DNA from: Planctomycetota bacterium
GTDB taxonomy: Bacteria; Planctomycetota; Phycisphaerae; WQYP01
Assembly: GCA_021800165.1 (NCBI GenBank)
Contig: JAJYZF010000010.1
Coordinates: 2,194-66,193 of the forward strand
DNA length: 64,000 bases
Reading direction: 5' to 3'
The notes under the pieces are model-generated. The model did no database searches. It saw nothing but the letters and a program-made list of their open reading frames with translations, and was not told where the DNA came from. A program made the position numbers and the translations under genes. Shown one piece after another: positions 57,552 to 64,000 of this stretch (positions are counted from its first letter, which is position 1; each line of letters begins with the position of its first letter).

Positions 57552-59576
57552 ATGTCGGAAAAATTGTATCGTCGACGCTTTGTGCAACTGATGACCGCCG
57601 CGGCCGCAGTGGCCATCTGGCCACATTCATTGGCTCTCGCTGCTTTCCATGGCCGGGGCCCGCAACGAAAAGTGCGCCTGGAAGATTTGGATCTCTCGCT
57701 GATGCGCCAGGGTTGGGGCGATCCGCACAAAAATCAAAGTGTGGTGGGTACGCCTCTGCAAATCGGCGCGGTCAAATTTGCCCATGGCATCGGCACTCAT
57801 GCCCCGAGTGCGTGGAACATTGATTTGCAAAAGGCCGCGGTCCGATTTACCGCCTGGGTCGGTGTGGATCATCAAAAACAGGGGCCAGGCGCGGTGATAT
57901 TTGAAGTGCTGGTGGATGGCAAAGTGGCTCTCCGCACGCCGGTGCTGCGCCAGGGCCAGGCCCCGTACAAAATAGATCTGAATTTAAGGGGCGCTAAATC
58001 CATGCTGTTGCTGGTGCATCCGGGCCGGGCGGGAATTGACTTTGACCATGCCGATTGGGCCGACCCGGTGATTACCATGAGCCGTGCGTCCACCGCCGTA
58101 CCGGCGGCGGTCGGACTTGACGCGGGTACCCAACCGCCCGAACTCGCCGGCGGCGATCCTCCGACACCGGAATTTCATGGCCCGCGGGTCATCGGCACCA
58201 CGCCGGGACGCCCCTTTCTATTTCAGGTGCCGCACACCGGTACCCGCCCCATCACCATCGAAGCGGCAGGTTTACCGGATGGGCTAACCATGACCCCTGG
58301 CGGCCTGATCACCGGTACGGTTCATGCCAAGGGCCAATACCATGTAAAACTCACGGCCCGCAACGGTCTGGGCCACGCCACACGTACGCTGCGCATCGTT
58401 GCCGGAGAGCATCAACTGGCTCTGACACCCCCAATGGGTTGGAATTCCTGGAATGCCTACGGCATGAATAACTCTGCGGCCAAAACCCGCGCCGCCGCCG
58501 AAGCGATGGTCAAAACCGGCTTGGCGGCCAAGGGTTTTATGTACATTAACATCGACGACGGCTGGCAAAATGGCCGCACTCCGTCCGGGGAAATCAAAAC
58601 CACCCCGGCCTTCGGTGATATGAAGGAGTTAGCCGATTACGTTCATGCCCGCGGCTTGCGCTTCGGCCTATATTCTTCGCCGGGACCCACCACCTGCGGC
58701 GGCCACACCGGCAGCTACGAGCACGAACCACAAGATGCCCGCACCTATGCGGTCTGGGGCGTGGATTACCTGAAGTATGATTGGTGCAGCTATGGCCGCA
58801 TTGCCGGACCGCATCCGGATCTGGAACAGTTCATCAAGCCCTACGCGACCATGCGCACCGCTCTGGACAATGTTCCGCGGGATATTTTCTTGAGCCTATG
58901 CCAGTACGGCATGGGCCACGTATGGACCTGGGGTGGTAGGCCGCCCGTTTTTGGAAACAGCTACCGTATCAGCGGAGATATTAACGATTCATGGGGGGCC
59001 GTGTGCCGTAACGGCTTTGCGGCAGACGGCCGACTGTTTCCTTTCGCCGGCCCGGGCCATTGGAACGATCCGGATATGCTGGTGGTGGGTTACGGTTATT
59101 TTGAAGATGGCCCGCTGCATTGGACCAAGCTGACCCCATGGGAACAAGTAACGCACGTCACGTTGTGGTGTATGTTGGCCGCCCCATTGCTTTTGGGCTG
59201 CGATCTGGAAAAGCTAAATCGCTTCACCCTTAACCTGATGACCAACACGGAAGTGCTGGCGGTGAATCAGGATGAACTCGGCCAACAGGCTCAGCGCGTG
59301 GCTCGAAAGGGCCAGATGGAGGTATGGGCCAGGCCATTGTGGGATGGCACGGTGGCGGTGGCCATTTTCAATCGCGGCTTTGTGCCGGCAACCACGACCC
59401 TTACCTGGGCGGAAATAGCGCCGGTGATTCCCTCCGGCAAAATGCTTGTGGGCCGTCAACCGGTACGAGATCTCTGGCGCCGCCAAGACTTGGGCGTGCA
59501 GGATCATTTTGCGGCCACTGTGGCACCCCATGGTGCGCTCATGCTGAAGGTGGGCACACCGGACCAGATGGATTGA
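57552..59576 (+). CDS. Tat-exported GH27 alpha-galactosidase with NPCBM and Ig-like domains
   Basis: YRRRFVQ; GIGTHA..DHADW; TPPMGWNSWN, NIDDGW, LKYDWC, WNDPDML. Confidence 0.92.
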   Translation: MSEKLYRRRFVQLMTAAAAVAIWPHSLALAAFHGRGPQRKVRLEDLDLSLMRQGWGDPHKNQSVVGTPLQIGAVKFAHGIGTHAPSAWNIDLQKAAVRFTAWVGVDHQKQGPGAVIFEVLVDGKVALRTPVLRQGQAPYKIDLNLRGAKSMLLLVHPGRAGIDFDHADWADPVITMSRASTAVPAAVGLDAGTQPPELAGGDPPTPEFHGPRVIGTTPGRPFLFQVPHTGTRPITIEAAGLPDGLTMTPGGLITGTVHAKGQYHVKLTARNGLGHATRTLRIVAGEHQLALTPPMGWNSWNAYGMNNSAAKTRAAAEAMVKTGLAAKGFMYINIDDGWQNGRTPSGEIKTTPAFGDMKELADYVHARGLRFGLYSSPGPTTCGGHTGSYEHEPQDARTYAVWGVDYLKYDWCSYGRIAGPHPDLEQFIKPYATMRTALDNVPRDIFLSLCQYGMGHVWTWGGRPPVFGNSYRISGDINDSWGAVCRNGFAADGRLFPFAGPGHWNDPDMLVVGYGYFEDGPLHWTKLTPWEQVTHVTLWCMLAAPLLLGCDLEKLNRFTLNLMTNTEVLAVNQDELGQQAQRVARKGQMEVWARPLWDGTVAVAIFNRGFVPATTTLTWAEIAPVIPSGKMLVGRQPVRDLWRRQDLGVQDHFAATVAPHGALMLKVGTPDQMD

Positions 59577-59783
59577 GCGTAAGCCTATCCGGGCGATTAA
59601 TCAGCCAGACAAGACCACCCTTGATTTCCATTAATCGTAAAAGCGAATTGCGGAAAGTGCTTATTTCTGCAAGAAACATGTTCCGTTAGCCGTTAAGACT
59701 TGTTAGGATGTATAACGTGGTACCGACCATGGTTCTCCCGCCCTTGGGGCGACTGTGTTATCGCCGGGCAGTTTTAAGGAGTT

Positions 59784-61298
59784 GTGCGTATGCGAAGTTC
59801 ATGGTGTAAACATCTTGGAGTTGCTGCGGCCGCTTGTTTGGCTGGTTTATCGCTGGCTCTACCCGCTGGAGCGTTTGTCAATCCCAAAGCTTGGGTTCCG
59901 CCGCGGGCCCACCATGTGCGAATGGCCGCAGGTGAGGCGACCGCGCCCTTGCCCTTGCCGGCCACGCCCCAGCGCCGCTCCGAGCATAAGCGCAAGCCCG
60001 CACCACCCGCCCTGATCGGCATGATCGATATGAATCAGATTGTGGGCCACCGGGTGGAGAATTACCCCACGGAAACCATTGATATTGAAACCCTGATGAA
60101 CTGGACCAATTCGCAATTGGGTCTGCACTACCGATACGTACAGGTGGATTTGTCCCGTTTCAGTTGGAGTCCAACGCAATTGCCGGTGCTGTACCTGACG
60201 GGATGGACGCCGCTGCCGAAATTCAGTCCGCTGATTCTGGCAAAAATGAGAGGCTTTATTACCGCGGGCGGTACGCTTTTGATCAATGCCAGTTGCGGCC
60301 GGCCGGAATTTAATAAAAGCGTGATTCGGCTGGAACATCAGTTATTTCCGAATCGTCCTTTTGGCCCGCTGCCGCTGGATGATCCGATGTATCATTGCCT
60401 GAATCACATCTCGCAAATGGCGGTGCGCAACGGCACTGGTCCGTGGAAGGAAATTCCGCCGTACCTGGATGTGATGTACATGGGCTGCCGCGCGGGAATC
60501 ATTTTTTCGCCGGTGGACATGAGCTGGGGCTGGAATGCGGCGACCAGGCCGATCAAGGGTGGGGTTCTTTATGCGCAAGGCGATGCCCTGCGGCTGGGAG
60601 CCAACATTTTAACCTACGTGCTGGCCAATTATCAGTACGGCCGGGCGTTTGAAATTCAAAAAATTTATCAGCAGTCGAAAATTGCCACCCGCGATCAGTT
60701 GGTGATTGCCCAGGTGATGAACAATGGCGATTGGAACCCCACGCCGCACGGCCTGCCGAACTTACTCAAGTTCATTGACCAGAAGACCACGCTAAGCGTG
60801 CAATTCAAGCGGGCCAAGGTTTCGCTGGATTCGCTAAGCGTGGGCCAGTACCCTATTTTGTACATGACGGGCTTGCGGAATTTTGCCTGGACGCCCAAAG
60901 AAGTGCAAAATCTGCATGCCTACCTTCACGCCGGAGGCATGTTATTTGTGGATTGTGCCATGGGGTCCGATGCATTTGATGAAGCGTTCCGTGCGGAAAT
61001 TAAAAAGGTCTTGCCGCACCATAAGCTCAAGATGCTTTCCATGAAATCGCCGGTTTATAACGATGTATTTCAAATCCGTCGGGTGAACTATTCACCGGTG
61101 GTGGCGGCCGCGGATCCCGGCTTGCACGCACCGGTGCTCGAAGGCATTACCATCGATGGTGCGCCCGCTGTGGTATACAGCCGGATTTCGCTTTCCAACG
61201 GCTGGGAAGACCTGCCCAACCCCTATGCCAAGGCCTACGCCACTGCCGACGCCTTGAAGTTGGGAACAAATATCCTGGTGTATGGCTTGACGCACTGA
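59784..61298 (+). CDS. Tandem DUF4159 protein
   Basis: Two repeats with PVLYLTG..GGTLL and PILYMTG..GGMLFVD, each ending LG(A/T)NIL.Y. Confidence 0.8.
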   Translation: MRMRSSWCKHLGVAAAACLAGLSLALPAGAFVNPKAWVPPRAHHVRMAAGEATAPLPLPATPQRRSEHKRKPAPPALIGMIDMNQIVGHRVENYPTETIDIETLMNWTNSQLGLHYRYVQVDLSRFSWSPTQLPVLYLTGWTPLPKFSPLILAKMRGFITAGGTLLINASCGRPEFNKSVIRLEHQLFPNRPFGPLPLDDPMYHCLNHISQMAVRNGTGPWKEIPPYLDVMYMGCRAGIIFSPVDMSWGWNAATRPIKGGVLYAQGDALRLGANILTYVLANYQYGRAFEIQKIYQQSKIATRDQLVIAQVMNNGDWNPTPHGLPNLLKFIDQKTTLSVQFKRAKVSLDSLSVGQYPILYMTGLRNFAWTPKEVQNLHAYLHAGGMLFVDCAMGSDAFDEAFRAEIKKVLPHHKLKMLSMKSPVYNDVFQIRRVNYSPVVAAADPGLHAPVLEGITIDGAPAVVYSRISLSNGWEDLPNPYAKAYATADALKLGTNILVYGLTH

Positions 61299-61429
61299 CG
61301 GCGGAGCACTCAAGATAAAAGGCCCTTAGGGCCGATAATACATTCAACCACAATGGCCTGACCGTGCTGCTGTGGTGGGGTTGTTTTTTATCGCGATTGG
61401 AGTTGGGCTTAAGTAAGGATACCAAGACG

Positions 61430-61606
61430 ATGGAAGAATACGAAAATCTAAAAAAAATTCTGGAAGCCTGTGCCGAAGATATTGCCAAGGCCCAGGGCGG
61501 CAATAAAATGGCCGGAACCCGCGTACGCAAAGCCATGCAGGATATTCGAGCGACGGCCCAGCTTATTCGTAAGAAAATCTTGGAAATGCGCACCCAGACG
61601 CCGTGA
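61430..61606 (+). CDS. Histone H1-like Hc1 family small protein
   Basis: DIAKAQGGNKMAGTRVRKAMQDIR..AQLIRK; AAGGA RBS. Confidence 0.8.
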   Translation: MEEYENLKKILEACAEDIAKAQGGNKMAGTRVRKAMQDIRATAQLIRKKILEMRTQTP

Positions 61607-61911
61607 AGTGCCAAGCCGGCCGGACCGCTTTAGCCAGCCAATCCGCCGTCGATCCGCACGGACCACTGCTAAGGCCGTGCGACAAAATCAGTTGCCCCAG
61701 GATCGCGCAGAAATTTGGACCGATGGCAGGGCGTTTGCGAAGCGCATGTCCGGATGGAAAGTAACCAGCGGGCAACGCCGCCTGCGGGCAAAAGAACCGG
61801 CCGGAATGCTCAAGTTATTTTGTCTCGCTGGCTAAGCGCTGCGGTTGTAACCAGGACCAAGCTGGCGTATGTTATTTGGGCATTCGGGTGTTCAACTGGA
61901 GTACTCTGTTC

Positions 61912-62385
61912 GTGGCACCACCGCTTCTATACGATTTAAGCCGCTTGGATTTATCGAAAATTGAGGTTCCGCTGGAGGAAATTCGCAAAGTCAACCCGCA
62001 TCGGTTTGAAATGGAGCAACTCTCTGGAATTGTGCATATAGACCGGGAAAATATTACGATTGTGGGCGTGCGCGAAGTGAGGATGGATGAATTTTGGGTA
62101 CGCGGCCACATTCCGGGTCGGCCGCTGCTGCCGGGTGTGCTGATGATTGAGTCAGCGGCGCAGCTCTGCTCTTACGCTGGTCGAGTGCTGCTGCCGGACA
62201 TGGGCTTCATCGGCTTTGCCCGGTGCGAGCACGGTAAATTCCGCGGTGCTGTGATTCCGCCCAGCACCTTGTACGTGATTGCCAAAATGGTGGATGTGAG
62301 TCGGCGGCGCATTGTGGCGGATTGCCAAGGCGTTTGCAACGGTACTCTGGTATTTGAATGTAAAATTACGGGAATGCCCGTGTAG
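61912..62385 (+). CDS. fabZ: 3-hydroxyacyl-ACP dehydratase FabZ-family
   Basis: NPHRFEM, GHIPGRPLLPGVLMIESAAQ. Confidence 0.85.
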   Translation: MAPPLLYDLSRLDLSKIEVPLEEIRKVNPHRFEMEQLSGIVHIDRENITIVGVREVRMDEFWVRGHIPGRPLLPGVLMIESAAQLCSYAGRVLLPDMGFIGFARCEHGKFRGAVIPPSTLYVIAKMVDVSRRRIVADCQGVCNGTLVFECKITGMPV

Positions 62386-62437
62386 GCCCACAACAGCGCG
62401 GCAAGAACCGGCACCATCCATTTTTGGGTTTAAGATC

Positions 62438-63778
62438 GTGGATACGCCAACCACCTTGTCGGATCTGCTGCCGCAGCGTGTCGAATTGCCGGAAATTCCC
62501 ACGGATCTGCTCGACCCGGCGACCGACGGTCGAAATTTGGATATTGCCTTGGCCACCGTGCCGGCCAAGCCCGCTGTTTACGCGCTCCTGGACCACGCGG
62601 GGCGGCCCATCTTGCTTTCCAGTACCGCCAATTTGCGAATGGGGTTGCTGCGCCGCTGTACCCTGCCCTCCGCGGAAGAATTTCATCGGCGTCGCACCGA
62701 TTATCGCCAGATCACGCGGTGGGTCGATTATCGCCGCGTCAGCAGCACCTTTGCGGCCAATTTATGGTTTCTGCGCGTGGCCCGGCTGCTCTATCCGGAC
62801 CGGTACCGCAAAATGCTGGCGTGGAAAATGGCGTGGGGGGTTATGGTAGACTTGCAAGCCGAGTTTCCCCAGTTGCTGGCCGTTTCCGCCGCCCGCGCGC
62901 CGATCGGCCAATGGCTGGGGCCGTTTCCCGATGCTGTGAGTGCCCGCCAGGCCATACACGTATTGGAAGACACCTTCGACTTGTGTCGGTATTATGATGT
63001 GCTCCGAGAGGCACCGCACGGCAAACCATGCGCCTACAAGCAAATGGGTAAGTGTCCGGCCCCCTGCGATGGCAGTACCACCTTGGCGGAGTATCGCCGG
63101 AGCATGCGCAGCGCCGTGGAGTTTCTGGTGGGAAGTGAAGCGGGCTTAGACGTCCATGGGAAGGCGGCTGCGGCGGTTCGCCAGACCTGGCGGCAAGCCC
63201 AGCAATTGCAGATGCGCAGTGCCGCAGCCAAGCTGGACTTTCTGACCGCCGCACGAATCAAATCCCGAATCAATGCTGCGGCCTCTCTTTCCGGGGAAAA
63301 AATGGCCCATGTTCACCGTTTGTCCGGACTTAAATTTTTCATTCTCCAGCCCGGCGAAACTCCATCGTGGATCGAACCATTTTTTTTTCAGGCCGGGAAC
63401 ATTGTTGTCGGCGAACCGGTGCGGAAGAAACAGGTCACCAGCACGCTGGCCCATTGGTGCCACCAGATCAACACATCGCTGCCGGTTGCGGATGGTTCCC
63501 GCGATGACCCGGCAGACCTGGTAAGCCTGCTGTGCTATCACCTGTTCCGATCGCGTGATTCCGGATTGTACATTGCCGCCGATGAGCCTTTGCAGGTTCA
63601 GACGCTGGCGGATCGGTTAAGCGCCTGGTGGGCGCAAAAGCCGCGATCTTCGGATAATATGGAACAGTCCTCGGATTCGGCGGAGGCTCTGGATCCCGGT
63701 CCAACCGCGGGCCAGCCACGCTTACCGATGGATCAGGACGGCCCAAACCGTCCGCCTCATGGAAGGGGCACATGGTGA
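62438..63778 (+). CDS. UvrC/Cho-like protein (degenerate GIY-YIG, Cys cluster, UVR domain)
   Basis: PAKPAVY, LGPF, DLCR..CAYKQMGKCPAPC, MRSAAAKLDFLTAARIK. Confidence 0.75.
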   Translation: MDTPTTLSDLLPQRVELPEIPTDLLDPATDGRNLDIALATVPAKPAVYALLDHAGRPILLSSTANLRMGLLRRCTLPSAEEFHRRRTDYRQITRWVDYRRVSSTFAANLWFLRVARLLYPDRYRKMLAWKMAWGVMVDLQAEFPQLLAVSAARAPIGQWLGPFPDAVSARQAIHVLEDTFDLCRYYDVLREAPHGKPCAYKQMGKCPAPCDGSTTLAEYRRSMRSAVEFLVGSEAGLDVHGKAAAAVRQTWRQAQQLQMRSAAAKLDFLTAARIKSRINAAASLSGEKMAHVHRLSGLKFFILQPGETPSWIEPFFFQAGNIVVGEPVRKKQVTSTLAHWCHQINTSLPVADGSRDDPADLVSLLCYHLFRSRDSGLYIAADEPLQVQTLADRLSAWWAQKPRSSDNMEQSSDSAEALDPGPTAGQPRLPMDQDGPNRPPHGRGTW

Positions 63779-64000
63779 AAAGCGGTAGCGTTAATCCAGT
63801 CAATTCCGCTGTACCAGCGGCGGCAGGCAATACGATCAGCGGCCTTGTGCCCGAAGATATTGCCGCCATCCAGCAATTTTGTTTATACGTGGATACGGAA
63901 TTGGGATTGTCCGCCAACACCCTTGCGGCCTATCGCACTGACCTGACCGATTGGGCATTATTCTCTGCGGGCCATGGCCCCAAACGCATGATTGAAGCGG
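63772..64000 (+). CDS. xerD: Tyrosine recombinase XerD-like, 5' part truncated by window end
   Basis: IQQFCLYVDTELGLSANTLAAYRTDL N-terminal domain. Confidence 0.75.
   Translation, partial: MVKSGSVNPVNSAVPAAAGNTISGLVPEDIAAIQQFCLYVDTELGLSANTLAAYRTDLTDWALFSAGHGPKRMIEA

Noticed and set aside
63772..64000. Prophage or island integrase
   Set aside because: N-terminus resembles housekeeping XerD and the context is core genes

Overview
GC-rich bacterial DNA, most likely a Planctomycetota (Phycisphaerae-like) chromosome. This is inferred from DUF1559 prepilin, PEP-CTERM, DUF4159 and Hc1-like genes plus mreD-mrdA-rodA; the organism may be an acidophile. Five blocks are visible. (1) 1-8.9 kb: tandem orphan RHS core/C-terminal cassettes, each followed by an unrelated exported or membrane partner gene, with shared spacer and leader repeats. 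(2) 9.2-10.6 kb: a nested palindromic and heptamer repeat field; one related unit sits in-frame inside an RHS gene. (3) 15.3-29.3 kb: a fluoride-response island with three fluoride (crcB-motif) riboswitches. They precede a NiFe-less hydrogenase-4-related (Ehr-type) complex + enolase + dynamin-like GTPase operon, a frameshifted metallophosphoesterase, and crcB + tandem DUF190. (4) 29-39 kb: housekeeping genes (RidA family, mreD, mrdA, rodA, TIGR01777, ffh, ispG). (5) 39-53.5 kb: a LacI-associated alpha-glucan locus where one operator palindrome overlaps the promoters of PEP-CTERM genes and of a DUF1559 prepilin gene. It is followed by GHMP-like, DUF2156, peptidase, GH27, DUF4159, Hc1, fabZ, UvrC-like and xerD-like genes. 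All calls come from motif recognition by eye; no database searches were run.
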